Shown here: piece by piece, positions 49,284-62,627 of the stretch
Layout: the number at the start of each line of letters is the position of its first letter
Position numbering within the stretch: position 1 is the first letter of the stretch
Assembly (NCBI GenBank): GCA_038231135.1
Contig: JBBRLX010000004.1
Span: forward strand, 96,001 to 160,000
DNA length: 64,000 bases
Reading direction: 5' to 3'
Origin: Candidatus Eiseniibacteriota bacterium
GTDB lineage: Bacteria; Eisenbacteria; RBG-16-71-46
Position numbers and translations under genes: made by a program
The notes under the pieces: generated by a model
What the model was told of the DNA's origin: nothing
Databases searched by the model: none
Seen by the model: the letters and a program-made list of their open reading frames with translations, nothing else

Positions 49284-50366
49284 TCACGGGCCCCCGCGTG
49301 TCCTGCGGATCCTGAGTTCGATATCGGTGACACTGGCGGCCGGCGCCACGTCGAGCGGCAGCGGCGGGCTCGCGCGTTCCTTGGCCGGCTGCCAGATACG
49401 ATCGCCGTCGAGATCGCGGAACGCACGCACCTGCCAGGCGCCGGCATCGAGACGCAGCGAGAAGCTGTGGTCGTTCGCGGTCTCCACCAGCACCTTGTGC
49501 GTGCTGTCCGTCACCGAAGTCGCGATCACGTGGAGCACTCCGCTGCTGTCCGTGACCGAGTCTAGCACAGTGCCCGACACCGTCGCGGGCGAGCGCGGGT
49601 TCACGACCAGCAGCCGGATGTCGCGCGCCTCCGGCGCCTCGGCCGTCAGCTCGAACGTGGTGTCGATCGGCGCGAGCACGTCGGTCCGGGGCTCGAACGA
49701 GCGGTTGCCGTTGAGGTCGGCGAACGCCCACAGCCGGTAGCGGCCCGGCACCGCGAGCCCCGAGACCTGGAATTCTCCGTCGTCCTCCGCGAGCCCCAGC
49801 GCGTCGAAGTCCCGCGCCGAGCTGTCCGGCTTGTGGCCGCGTCCCAGGTCGTAGCACCAGATGTAGCTGCCGCCGGCGGCGAATCCGCGCGCCTCGAGCC
49901 GGCCGGTGATCGCCCCCGGCGGGAACTTGGGGCCGGTGCTGAACACCACCACGCGGCCGGTGCCATAGGTGTTGCCGTGCCGGTCGCGGGCGGTGCCCGA
50001 CACGATCATCGAATACGTATGGTTGTGGCGCAGGGTGTCGCCGAACACCAGCGTGAGCGTGCGACCGCTCCAGCGCCGCTGCCGGATCTCGACGGGCGGC
50101 GCGATCGAGACCGCCTCGCCCGTGGACTTGGGTTCCATGCCCTCGCTGAACGTCAGCGTCGGGCGCACGTCGACGGGCACGTTCGCGGCGGCCGAATCCG
50201 GATGCGACGACACCACGCGCGGGGATTCGATGTCGGGCGGGCCGCCCGACGGCGGCTCCTTCTTGGCGCAGGCGCCGAGCGCCAGCAGCATCGCGGCGGC
50301 CGCGACGCGGCGCGCGCCGGAGCCCGCGTGCCTACGCACGCCGGAATCCCGCGTGCTCACGCACAC
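49284..50366 (-). CDS. Lipoprotein with bacterial Ig-like domains; start uncertain
   Basis: Lipobox LGA-C, 'P.GGP.D...P', TFSE; DLNGN and DLDGD Ca-binding-like loops. Confidence 0.7.
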   Translation of the reverse strand: MCVSTRDSGVRRHAGSGARRVAAAAMLLALGACAKKEPPSGGPPDIESPRVVSSHPDSAAANVPVDVRPTLTFSEGMEPKSTGEAVSIAPPVEIRQRRWSGRTLTLVFGDTLRHNHTYSMIVSGTARDRHGNTYGTGRVVVFSTGPKFPPGAITGRLEARGFAAGGSYIWCYDLGRGHKPDSSARDFDALGLAEDDGEFQVSGLAVPGRYRLWAFADLNGNRSFEPRTDVLAPIDTTFELTAEAPEARDIRLLVVNPRSPATVSGTVLDSVTDSSGVLHVIATSVTDSTHKVLVETANDHSFSLRLDAGAWQVRAFRDLDGDRIWQPAKERASPPLPLDVAPAASVTDIELRIRRTRGGP

Positions 50367-50372
50367 CGGTGC

Positions 50373-51266
50373 TCACGCACGCGGATGCGCCTGGTCGTAC
50401 GCCTTCTGCAACCGCGCGCGCGACACGTGCGTGTAGATCTGCGTGGTGCCGAGCGACGCGTGCCCGAGCAGCTCCTGGATCGAGCGCAGATCGGCGCCGC
50501 GGTCGAGCAGGTGGCTCGCGAACGAATGCCGCAGTGCGTGCGGCGAGACGCCGAGTGTCGCCGCGACCCCGGCGAGCCGGCGCTGCACGATGCGCTGGAA
50601 CGTGCGGCCCGACAGCCGCCGCCCGCGGCGGTTCACGAACACCGGCGCCGCGGGGTCGCGCGACGGGCGGATCGTGGCGTCACACCACGCGAGCCAGCGC
50701 TGGACAGCGCCGACGGCCGCCTGGCCGACCGGCACCACGCGCTGCTTGCGGCCCTTGCCGCGCACGCGCACCAGCCCGGCCGCCGCCTGGAAGTCGCCGC
50801 GGTCGACGCCCACCAGCTCGGACAGCCTGAGCCCCGACGAATACGCGAGCTCGAGCATCGCGCGATCGCGGATCGAGTCGGGATCGTCGCCGTTCACGCG
50901 ATCGAGCGCGTCGTTCAGCGCGATCGACGGCAGCGTGCGGGGCAGCCGCGCGCCGAGCGTCGGGAACGCGATCGCCCGCGACGGATCGGACGCGATCACG
51001 CCGCGCCGCACGCAGAACCGCGAGAAGCTCCGCCACGCGGCCAGGGCACGGGCCGCCGTGGCGGCGGAGCGCTGCCGCTGGTGCATCGCGCGCAGCGCGC
51101 CCTCGAGCAGCTCGCGGGTCCAGCGCTCGGGCGCGACGGCGGCACCCGGGGCACCCGCGCGATCCAGCACCGCCGTGATGTCGCGGGCGTAGGCCGTCAG
51201 CGTGTGCGGGCTGGCGCGGCGGATCGCCGACAGCTCGTCGAGGAACCCCTCAAGCGCTGCGCGCAC
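50373..51266 (-). CDS. xerC: Tyrosine recombinase XerC
   Basis: S.HT..AY.RD, RDRAMLEL.YSSGLRLSEL, SPHALRHSFASHLL..GADLRSIQELLGHASL.TTQIYTHV, YD.AHPRA; directly downstream of topA. Confidence 0.88.
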   Translation of the reverse strand: MRAALEGFLDELSAIRRASPHTLTAYARDITAVLDRAGAPGAAVAPERWTRELLEGALRAMHQRQRSAATAARALAAWRSFSRFCVRRGVIASDPSRAIAFPTLGARLPRTLPSIALNDALDRVNGDDPDSIRDRAMLELAYSSGLRLSELVGVDRGDFQAAAGLVRVRGKGRKQRVVPVGQAAVGAVQRWLAWCDATIRPSRDPAAPVFVNRRGRRLSGRTFQRIVQRRLAGVAATLGVSPHALRHSFASHLLDRGADLRSIQELLGHASLGTTQIYTHVSRARLQKAYDQAHPRA

Positions 51267-53865
51267 CGAGGGTTTCCGGGTCGAAGGTCGACTTGCACTG
51301 CAGGCAGCGCAACACCAGGCCCTTCTTCGTCTCCTTCTCGACCAGGAACGGCGCGGCGCAGCTCGGACACGGCGTCTCGCGCGGCCGGTCCCACGCGGCG
51401 AACGTGCATTCCGGGTAGCGCGTGCAGCCGAAGAATATCTTGCCGCGCTTGGTGCGCCGCTCGGCGATCTCGCCGATGCCGCATTCGGGGCACTTGATGC
51501 CGAGCGTGAACGGCTTCGTGAACTTGCACTCCGGCCGGCGCGAGCACGAGATGAACCGTCCGAACGGCCCGTTGCGCGACACCAGCGGCGAGCCGCACAG
51601 CTCGCACGCGCCGTCCACCGGCGTCGGCAGCTCGGCGTCGTCCACCGGTCGCGTGTACTTGCATTCGGGGTAGCCGGGACACGCGAGGAACGGACCGCGG
51701 CGGCCGAACTTCTTCACCAGCTTGCGGCCGCAGATCGGACACTCGATCTCGGTGGCCTCCTCGACCTTCTCGCGATGCTGCTTGCTGGATTTCTCCGCGG
51801 CCGCGAGGTCCTTGCTGAACGGGCCCCAGAAGTTGTGCACCACGCGGTGCCACTCCTGCTTGCCCTCTTCGATCCCGTCGAGCTCCTCCTCCATGCCGGC
51901 GGTGAACTTGACGTTGAAGATGTCGGGGAACGTGTCGACAAGCAGGCGGTTCACAGCCATCCCCAGATCGGTCGGCATCAGCCGGCCCTTCTCGCGCAGC
52001 ACGTAGGTGCGCGATGTGATCGTGGTGACGATCGACGCGTAGGTGCTCGGGCGGCCGATGTTCTCCTCTTCGAGCGTCTTCACCAGCGTCGCCTCCGAGT
52101 AGCGCGGCGGCGGCTGCGTGAAGTGCTGCTCCGGGCGCACGATCTCGATCGCCTCGCCCGCGGCCGGCGCGGCCACCGGTTCCGCCGCGAGCGCCAGCGC
52201 CTGTCCCGCCAAGAGCTCGGGAATGCGCGATTCGGTTGCGTCGTCGTCCTCGTCGATGCCGTAGAGCTTCTGGAACCCCGGGAACTTGAGCACGCGGCCG
52301 CTGGTGCGCAGCCCGAGCCGTCCGGCCTCGATCTCGACCGTGGTCGCCAGGTACTCGGCCGACGCGGTCTGCGACGCCACCGCGCGCTTCCAGATCAGGT
52401 CGTAGAGCCGGAACTGCTCGTCCGTGAGGAACGCGCGCAGCGAATCGGGCGTGCGGTCGATCGCGGTCGGCCGCACGGCTTCGTGCGCGTCCTGCGCGGA
52501 CTTCTTGCCCTTGAACACGCGCGGAGCCTCGGGCACGTAGTCGGGACCGAGCTGGCCGTGGAGCCACTCGCGGATCGCGCCGATCGCCTCGCCCGCCAGC
52601 CGCGGCGAATCGGTACGCATATAGGTGATGAGGCCGACGGAGCCCTGCGGTCCCACGCCCACGCCTTCGTAGAGCTGCTGCGCGAGCGCCATGGTGCGCT
52701 GGCTGCCGTAGCCGAGGCGGTTGAACGCGGTCTGCTGCAGCGTGCTGGTGATGAACGGCGCGCGCGGATGGACGAACCGCGGTGCGCTGTCGACGGTCGC
52801 GACGCGCGCCGGCGAGCGGCGCAGCTCGTCGGCCAGCGACCGGGCACGGTCGCCCGCGGCGTCGCCGCGCAGCTGGCCCTGCTCGAGCTCGGCCTTGTCC
52901 TCGCGCACCAGCCGGGCGGTGAACCGCTCCCCGGCCTCGGTCTGGTAGTCGACCTCGAGCGTCCAGTACTCCTCGGGCACGAACGCGAGGATCGCCTCTT
53001 CGCGCTCGCAGATCAGCCGCAGCGCCACACTCTGCACGCGGCCCGCCGACAGTCCGTAGCGGACCGTGCGCCACACGAACGGGCTCACCTTGTAGCCCAC
53101 CAGCCGGTCGAGCACGCGCCGCGCCTGCTGCGCGTTCACGAGATTCATGTCCAGCTCGCGCGGCGATTCGATCGCCAGCTTCACGGCGCGTTCGGTGATC
53201 TCGTTGAACGTGAGCCGCTGGATCGGACGCTTCATGTCCGCGAGCGCACCCGCCAGGTGCCACGCAATCGCCTCGCCCTCGCGGTCGGGGTCGGGCGCCA
53301 GGTAGATGTGCGCGGCATCGCGGGCGGCGATCTTGATCTTGGCCAGCGCGTTCGTCTTGGTGCGGATCGGCACGTACTCCGGCTCGAAGTCGTTGTCGAG
53401 GTCCACGCCCAGTTTGCTCTTGGGCAGGTCCATGATGTGGCCGTTCGAGGCGATCACCATGAAGTTCTTGCCCAGGAACTTGGTCAGCGTGCGCGACTTG
53501 GTGGGCGACTCGACGATCAGCAGGTTCCTGCCGTTCGCGCTGGCCCCGGTGCCGGGCTCCGCCTTGGCGCGCGTCGACTTCTTCTTCCCCGGCGTCACGA
53601 CGTCGCCGTCGGCTGCCGGCCTGGCGGCACGCTTCCGAGCCGCGCCCGGCTGCTTCGCGGATATCTTGAGAGTTGGAGTCGGAGTCGCAGCCGCTGTCGT
53701 CTCGCCGGCGTCCCCGCCGGCTTCCCGCTTCGCCGCCTTGCGAACCGCCGCCTTCGCGCGGGCCGGCTTCGCCACCACTGCGGGCACGCTGACGCCCGTC
53801 GCGGCTTCGTCACCAGCCGCCAACGGGGCCTGGACCTTCTTAGTGCGCGAGTTCGTGGTCGCCAC
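51250..53865 (-). CDS. topA: DNA topoisomerase I with N-terminal Lys/Ala-rich extension and C-terminal Zn ribbons
   Basis: IVESPTK, DPDREGEAI, SAGRVQS, ITYMRTDS (catalytic Tyr), QDAHEA, GRPSTY, repeated C-x2-C ribbons; GGAGG before GTG 53865. Confidence 0.97.
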   Translation of the reverse strand: MATTNSRTKKVQAPLAAGDEAATGVSVPAVVAKPARAKAAVRKAAKREAGGDAGETTAAATPTPTLKISAKQPGAARKRAARPAADGDVVTPGKKKSTRAKAEPGTGASANGRNLLIVESPTKSRTLTKFLGKNFMVIASNGHIMDLPKSKLGVDLDNDFEPEYVPIRTKTNALAKIKIAARDAAHIYLAPDPDREGEAIAWHLAGALADMKRPIQRLTFNEITERAVKLAIESPRELDMNLVNAQQARRVLDRLVGYKVSPFVWRTVRYGLSAGRVQSVALRLICEREEAILAFVPEEYWTLEVDYQTEAGERFTARLVREDKAELEQGQLRGDAAGDRARSLADELRRSPARVATVDSAPRFVHPRAPFITSTLQQTAFNRLGYGSQRTMALAQQLYEGVGVGPQGSVGLITYMRTDSPRLAGEAIGAIREWLHGQLGPDYVPEAPRVFKGKKSAQDAHEAVRPTAIDRTPDSLRAFLTDEQFRLYDLIWKRAVASQTASAEYLATTVEIEAGRLGLRTSGRVLKFPGFQKLYGIDEDDDATESRIPELLAGQALALAAEPVAAPAAGEAIEIVRPEQHFTQPPPRYSEATLVKTLEEENIGRPSTYASIVTTITSRTYVLREKGRLMPTDLGMAVNRLLVDTFPDIFNVKFTAGMEEELDGIEEGKQEWHRVVHNFWGPFSKDLAAAEKSSKQHREKVEEATEIECPICGRKLVKKFGRRGPFLACPGYPECKYTRPVDDAELPTPVDGACELCGSPLVSRNGPFGRFISCSRRPECKFTKPFTLGIKCPECGIGEIAERRTKRGKIFFGCTRYPECTFAAWDRPRETPCPSCAAPFLVEKETKKGLVLRCLQCKSTFDPETLGARSA

Positions 53866-54328
53866 GGTCGTCCTCCATCGTTGCATCGGGTGGTTCGACG
53901 CTCAGCGCCACGCGCGCCGCCAGCTCGCGTACCGCGTCGATTCCCACCGGCCGCGCCATCGACGTGGTGAGCACGTCGAGCACGCGTTCGAACTGTTCGG
54001 CATCGAGCGAGCCGCTGCGGCGCAGATCGAGCAGCAGCCCCCACGACTCGGGGGTCAGTGAATCGCGCTCGTCCTCGCTCCAGATCCTGCTGGCGTGCTT
54101 GCCGGGCGTGCTCTCGACGCTGGCATGCGAGAAGCCGCCGATCGAGCCCGTCAGGCTGCGCAGCACCAGCAGTGTGGCGTGGATCTCGTCGGAGCCGAAG
54201 CGCTCCTCCTCGATCGCCTCGCCGATCGTCTCGAACGCCAGGTCGTCGCCCTCGAGAAACGCCTCCAGGCGGTCCCCGAGCAGCCGGAGCAGTCGCTGGA
54301 CGGCTTCGTGCGGTTGGTCTTCGGTCAT
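53840..54328 (-). CDS. Smg/DUF494-family protein
   Basis: 'RIWS..E...L..E..G.LL.L...G.L.....E.V' resembles the Smg pattern; canonical position upstream of topA. Confidence 0.7.
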   Translation of the reverse strand: MTEDQPHEAVQRLLRLLGDRLEAFLEGDDLAFETIGEAIEEERFGSDEIHATLLVLRSLTGSIGGFSHASVESTPGKHASRIWSEDERDSLTPESWGLLLDLRRSGSLDAEQFERVLDVLTTSMARPVGIDAVRELAARVALSVEPPDATMEDDRGDHELAH

Positions 54329-54338
54329 GTCGTGACCC

Positions 54339-57332
<2,994 letters not shown>

Positions 57333-57390
57333 GGCCCTCAGAATAGATGTCGTGTCAAGCCGGAGGGATCACGGCCGGGGAGCCGGCCGG

Positions 57391-57432
57391 GGCAAAGCAC
57401 CGCGGCCCGATGCTTTTGCCACCGGGCCGCGG
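57391..57432 (-). terminator. Hairpin downstream of the cold-shock gene
   Basis: 10-bp GC stem (57400-57409 with 57423-57432) followed on the minus strand by UGCUUUGCC. Confidence 0.55.
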
Positions 57433-57451
57433 GCACTCCGGGAATGACGTG

Positions 57452-57655
57452 TCAAAGCACTCGAATCACGTTCGCTGCTTCGGATCCTTTATCGCTCTGC
57501 TTGATGTCGAACTCCACCACCTCGCCCTCGTGCAACGTCCGAAAGCCGTTGCCTTCGATGGCGGAGTGATGCACGAACACGCTCTCTGCTTCCGCGGCCG
57601 AAATGAACCCGTAACCCTTGCGGTCACTGAACCACTTGACGGTTCCACGCGCCAT
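57452..57655 (-). CDS. Cold-shock protein (CspA family)
   Basis: GTVKWF...KGYGFI (RNP1), VFVHHSAI (RNP2), GFRTL.EG..VEF; 67 aa; GGAGGAG RBS. Confidence 0.96.
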   Translation of the reverse strand: MARGTVKWFSDRKGYGFISAAEAESVFVHHSAIEGNGFRTLHEGEVVEFDIKQSDKGSEAANVIRVL

Positions 57656-57813
57656 GGGTGCTCCTCCATGAAGTGCAAAGGTCCTAGGCCCGGAGGTGGC
57701 GACAGGTTGAGCCTCTCGAGGCGGACGGTCAAGGGGTTTGAGATGCGGGCTTGGGACCGTTCGACGTCACGCCGATGTCAGGCCGTTCGGGCGCCGAGGG
57801 TTACCGTGCGTCG

Positions 57814-58737
57814 TCAGCCCTGGGTGCCGGTTCTCGGGTTGCGGGCCTCGTGGGTGCGCAGCAGCGTGTGCGCCTCGAGATTCTCCGGCTCGTGTTCGAG
57901 CACCAGCGCCACCTGATCGAGCGCCGCCGCGGTCATCCCGGCGGCATCGAGCGCGAGCGCGAACTGGACGCGGGCGGCGTGCAGGTCGGGGTGCAGCTCG
58001 AGCGCGCGGGCGAGCGACGCGATCGCGTCGTCCAGGTGCCCCAGCCGCAGCTCGGCGGTGCCCAGCAGGAAGTGCAGGTCGGGATAGCTCTCGTGGCGCG
58101 GCAGCACTTCGCGCAGCACCACAGCGGCCTCGGCCGGCTGGTTCTGCTGGAGCAGCGCATGGAACCGCTCGAGCCGGTCCGCCAGCCCGGCGTTCCCCAG
58201 ATGGAGCCCGCGACGGATCAGCGCGTCGGCGCCGTCCCAATCGGCGTGCTCGAGCCGCGCCAGGCCCTGCGCGAACGCCCGCGGATCCTCGACCGGCACT
58301 CCGGCGCCCAGCGTGCGCAGCGCCGCCAGCGATTCGCCGATCATGCCGTCGCGGGCGTCGAGCAGCGCGAGCTCGACACGCGCCTCGACGTACGCCGGGT
58401 TGATCGTGATCGCCTGCTCGAGCGCCCGGCGCGCCTCCCGTCCCCGGTCGGTGCGGAGCAGCGCGCACGCGTGCTGATATTGCAGGTCGGCGAACCGCGG
58501 CTTGAGCCGGACTGCCGCGCCGAGCGCCCGTTCGGCGGCAGCGGCATCGTCCGCACGCAGCGCCTCCCGCGCGATCGCGGCCCACGCCAGCGCGGCCGGC
58601 GTCGCGAGCGACTCGAAAGGTCCCGCCTGCAGTACACGCTCGACGAGCACGTGGGCATCGGAAAACCGGCGCTGGCGCGCGAGCTGAAGCGCGGGCTCGA
58701 ATTCGGAGGTCGGAGTCGGAACGGGTCGCGGGCTCAT
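57814..58737 (-). CDS. Tetratricopeptide repeat protein
   Basis: Repeated 'A....P.FADL', 'INPAYVEAR', 'YPDLHFLLG', 'ALELHPD..AAR' TPR motifs. Confidence 0.8.
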   Translation of the reverse strand: MSPRPVPTPTSEFEPALQLARQRRFSDAHVLVERVLQAGPFESLATPAALAWAAIAREALRADDAAAAERALGAAVRLKPRFADLQYQHACALLRTDRGREARRALEQAITINPAYVEARVELALLDARDGMIGESLAALRTLGAGVPVEDPRAFAQGLARLEHADWDGADALIRRGLHLGNAGLADRLERFHALLQQNQPAEAAVVLREVLPRHESYPDLHFLLGTAELRLGHLDDAIASLARALELHPDLHAARVQFALALDAAGMTAAALDQVALVLEHEPENLEAHTLLRTHEARNPRTGTQG

Positions 58738-58769
58738 GATGTCCTCTCAGGCTGCTGAAACAGCCTGAT

Positions 58770-59399
58770 TTACATGGGTCCTAGTAATCGCATGGCGTAC
58801 CCGGAGAACAGCGTGATCCCCAGGTTGTCGTCCAGAGGTATCGGCAGGAACTCCGACAAACTTGCGACCAGCGCGCCGGTGAGCGCCACCGGCCAGGTCA
58901 GATAGCCGCCCGCGACCAGTGTGGCCGACCACAGCACGCAGGCCAGGAATCCGCCGAGCGCCCCCTCCAGCGACTTACCGAAGAACCGGGTGCGGCCGTA
59001 GGCGCGCCCCACGATCGCCGCCAGGCCGTCGCCGAGCACGGTGAACCCGATCGCGGCCGCGGCGATCGGCCGTGGGAACAGGTCCACCGCGAGCAGTGTC
59101 GCCAGCAGCAGGTACGTGGATCCCAGGAGCTGGGTCTCCTCGTGCCGGCGGATCAATTCGCCGAACAGCTGCCGGAAGAACTCCCGGAACCGGTCGTCGT
59201 GAATGCGCATGAGGTCGAGCGTCATCGCCACCACCACCATCAGCACCAGCAGCGCGGTCCACTCGCCACGCGTACGCGGCCACGCGAGCCACGGGTGCAG
59301 CAGCGCAAACGGCACCACCACGAACGCGAGGTGGATCGCCTTGCGGCGGATCTCCGCGCGCAGCGCGTGCGACGGCAGGAGCGGGCCGGCCGGTGTCAC
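58770..59399 (-). CDS. CTP-dependent diacylglycerol/polyprenol (phytol/dolichol) kinase-family membrane protein
   Basis: RKAIHL, GDGLAAIVG...G.....GKSLEG, DDNL; multiple transmembrane helices; GTGA overlap with the upstream gene. Confidence 0.8.
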   Translation of the reverse strand: MTPAGPLLPSHALRAEIRRKAIHLAFVVVPFALLHPWLAWPRTRGEWTALLVLMVVVAMTLDLMRIHDDRFREFFRQLFGELIRRHEETQLLGSTYLLLATLLAVDLFPRPIAAAAIGFTVLGDGLAAIVGRAYGRTRFFGKSLEGALGGFLACVLWSATLVAGGYLTWPVALTGALVASLSEFLPIPLDDNLGITLFSGYAMRLLGPM

Positions 59400-60280
59400 G
59401 AGCCGGACTCCCGGCGCCGGGCCGCGATCGTGAAGTACGCCCCGCGCGCGCCCGCGACCCGTTGCAGGCGATCGTCCCACGCGCGGAACCAGCGTGCCGC
59501 CGCGTGGCGCAGCGGTCCCAGCCTGAGCTTGGGAGCCAGGTACCAGAAGAACGGCAGGAACTCGCGATGCTCGATCACCTCGAACCGCCGCGCGATCGCG
59601 GGCACGATCGACTCCTGCGAGATGCCCTCGAACGGCGACGCATCGTGGAGCGGCGCGCCCGTGCCGCGCGCCAGCGCCGCGCGCTTGTCGCGTTCGGTGG
59701 CGAAGAACGCGCCGAGCCGCCTCCGCAGCGCCCACTTGCGGCGGTACGGCAGGTAGGTCGGGAACACCGCGAGCACGGCGGCCGCCCCGACGCGCGCCAC
59801 GCGGCCGAGGCCCGCATAGTCGAGCACCAGCAGCGTCCCTCCCGGCTTCAGCACCCGCTCCACGCGCCCGAGCAGCGCATCCAGCTCGAGGATGTGATGC
59901 AGCGCGTCGTGCGCCACCACGCCGTCGAACGGTCCGGCCGGCAACTCCATGTAGTTGAGGTCGCCGGCGACGAACGCGGGCCCCCCGCCGCCGGTCACGC
60001 GCGCGCGCGCCGCGGCGATCCGCTCGGGACTCAGATCGATCGCGGTCACGTCGCGGCCGCGCCGCGCCAGCTCGAGCGCCAGATCGCCCTCGCCGCATCC
60101 GAGTTCGAGCAGCCGCGGCCCGAGCGTCGCGGCGCGCGCGACGAACCACCGCTCCTCGGCGCCGAAGAACAGCTCCTGCAGCACCGGGTCGTCCCAGATC
60201 TGCGGATTCTCGGGATCGTGCGTGACCGATCCCCAGTGGGCGGCCTCGCGGCGCGCGAGCTGAGCGTAGCGTTCGTCCAC
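59396..60280 (-). CDS. Class I SAM-dependent methyltransferase
   Basis: LLELGCGEG, IDLS, FDGVV...ALHH, LKPGG; SPFEG. Confidence 0.85.
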   Translation of the reverse strand: MDERYAQLARREAAHWGSVTHDPENPQIWDDPVLQELFFGAEERWFVARAATLGPRLLELGCGEGDLALELARRGRDVTAIDLSPERIAAARARVTGGGGPAFVAGDLNYMELPAGPFDGVVAHDALHHILELDALLGRVERVLKPGGTLLVLDYAGLGRVARVGAAAVLAVFPTYLPYRRKWALRRRLGAFFATERDKRAALARGTGAPLHDASPFEGISQESIVPAIARRFEVIEHREFLPFFWYLAPKLRLGPLRHAAARWFRAWDDRLQRVAGARGAYFTIAARRRESGS

Positions 60281-60287
60281 GAGTGTC

Positions 60288-62617
60288 CTATTCGCGCCGC
60301 GGGCGCATCTCGCCCACGGCCTGGCGCAGGCCGAGGATGATCTGCACGTAGTCATGCGCCTGACCGTACCCGATCAGCTCGCACGCCAAAGCCTCGCCCC
60401 CGGGGTCCGGCAGGCGCGCCGCCCAGCGCAGGGCCGGCGTGGGACCGGCATTGTACGCCGCGAGCGCCATCGCGGGCCGCAGGTCGAAGCGTTGCAGCAG
60501 GCGGCCGAGATAGCCGGCGCCCAGCCTGAGGTTGAGCGCGGGATCGAACAGGTCCTCTGCATCCGGCACCGGCAGCCGCAACAGCCGCGCCTGCTCGACG
60601 GCGGTCGCCAGCTTGAGCTGCATCAGCCCCCGCGCGTCGCTGCGCGATCGCGCCAGCGGATCGAACTTGCTCTCCTGCCACACCACTCCATAGATCAGGC
60701 CGCGATCCGGACGGAACGGCGCCATCCGCAGCATGCCCTCGCCGGGCGGCGGCGGCCGGTCCGGGCCCGTTCCCGGCAGGTCGCTCCAGTCGGCGCCGCC
60801 GGCGCTGACATCGAGCGCCGGCGGCACGATCCACGGCGTGACGCTCCAGCGCGTGAGCGGCGCGGAATCCGGCGCCGCCTCGAATGCGGCGCGCGCGTAC
60901 CGGATGCCCGTGGCCCAGCGGCCCGCTCCGTATGCGATCCGGGCGGCGGCCAGCAACTGGCGCCAGCGTGGCTCGCGGAGCGGCGCGATGCGAACGGGAC
61001 CGGGCTGCGTGTCCATTCCGGCGGGCGTCGTCGCGATTCTCCCGGCGCTGTCGGCCGCGGCGAACGCCGCCGGCGAATCGGGCAGCGGCGCGGCGAGGCG
61101 CGGGTCGCCCTGCGACCAGCGGTCGAGCACGCGGATCGCGTCGTCGCGGGCGCCGATCGCGAGCAGCAGCGACGCCAGCCGCACGCCGGGATCGGGCCGC
61201 GTCGCGGCGGCGGCGACCGTGTCGGGCCAGCCGGTAACGCCAAGCGTCTCGCGTGCCGCCATGCGATAGAACGCGTATCCCGGCTCGCGCGCGAGTTCGC
61301 GCAGCAGCGAATCCGCCGCCGCCCGCTCGTGCGGCCGGACCGTGACCGCGGTCCAGAACCGCCGCCCGTCGGGATCCGCGTTCCGCCACGCGGCCAGCGC
61401 GCCTTCGGCGTCGTGCTGCTGCAATCGGTGGATGCCGGCGCGCAACGCCGCCTCGGGAGCGTGCCGGGCGCCCAGCGCCGCGACGCGTTCCGCGGCCTCG
61501 AGCGCATCGTCCCAGCGATCGCCGTCCTCCGACTCGCGCAGCCGCTCCCACCACGCGATCTCGCGCACGCTGTCGGTGGTCGCGAGCGCGGCAGCGCGTG
61601 CCCAGGCCGCGAACGCCGCGTCGCGCTGCCCGGCGTCGCGCAGCACCCGCGCGCGCTCGAGCTCGACGGCGGCGCGGGTCGCCGAGTCAACCGCGGCGCG
61701 CGCCGCCGTGTCCAGCGCCAGCCGGGCGGCGGAGAATTCCTTCTGCATGCGGAGGATTTCGCCCCGGCGCAGCGCGAGTCGCGCGCGGTCCGGCGCGCCC
61801 GCGTCACGCTCGGCGCGCAGCAGGCGCGCGACCGCCGCCTGCCGGTCGCCGGTCAGGAACTCCACTTCGGCCGCGGCCCGTTCATCCGCCGGCGACGGTG
61901 GTTGGCCGCGTTCCTTCATCCACTGCTCGAGGTCGGTCAGCGCGCGCAGTGCGGGCGGCAGCGAGGGATAGCGGCGCACGGTCTGGCGCGCGAACTCGAT
62001 CGCCTGCGGGCCATCGCCGAGGCGCATCCGCAGCTCCGCGCGGCGCACCAGCCAGGACGACCGGTCGAGATCGGACCACGCGCCGCGATCGGTCGCGGCC
62101 AGCAGCGAATCCGCGCGCGCCGGGTCCCCCCGCAGCATCGCCAGGTCGGCGCGTCCGCGCAGCGCCTCATAGGTCCACGGGGTCCGGTCGGCCGCGAGCG
62201 CCGCCCACGCGCGGTCGGCGCCGAGCGTGTCGCCCGCGGCGAGCAGCAGCGGCGCGAGCCGCTCGAGTCCGTAGCCGCGCAGCTCGCGGTCGCCGAGCAG
62301 CGCGCCCCACGCGCGCAGCGTGTCGGCACGCCCGGGACCCGCGACCGCGAGTGCCCGGCGCAGCGAATCCACGGCCGGCGGCACGGGAATCGACGTCGTC
62401 GTCCACACCACGGCCCCGTCCGGCCCGACGCGATCGGGTCCGAACAGCCCCGCCGCCGCCGGCGCCACGGGCGGTGGCGAGCCCGTGAACACATCGGCCG
62501 CGCGCGTGGCCGGCGCGGGCGCGGGCGTCGCCGCTGCGGCCTGCGAGTCCACCCCGCGCGCGGGCACGGCGCCGCACGCCAGCAGCAGCGCCAGCGCACG
62601 CACGCGCACGCCCCGCG

Positions 62618-62627
<10 letters not shown>
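60288..62627 (-). CDS. Soluble lytic murein transglycosylase (Slt-like) with helical/TPR scaffold
   Basis: Signal peptide; QES.F.P.A.S...A.GLMQL; L.DP..N...G..YL; AAYNAG. Confidence 0.85.

Noticed and set aside
36539..51266. Two tyrosine recombinases as possible phage or island integrases
   Set aside because: Size, motifs and housekeeping context fit XerD and XerC; no att repeats or phage genes are visible.
57340..57358. Perfect TTGACA upstream of secA
   Set aside because: Only 7 nt from the TATTCT -10 box, so it cannot be its -35 element.
58747..58768. TCAGGCTG-CTGAAA-CAGCCTGA hairpin resembling an IS end
   Set aside because: No transposase or second end nearby; a short intergenic hairpin is the simpler explanation.
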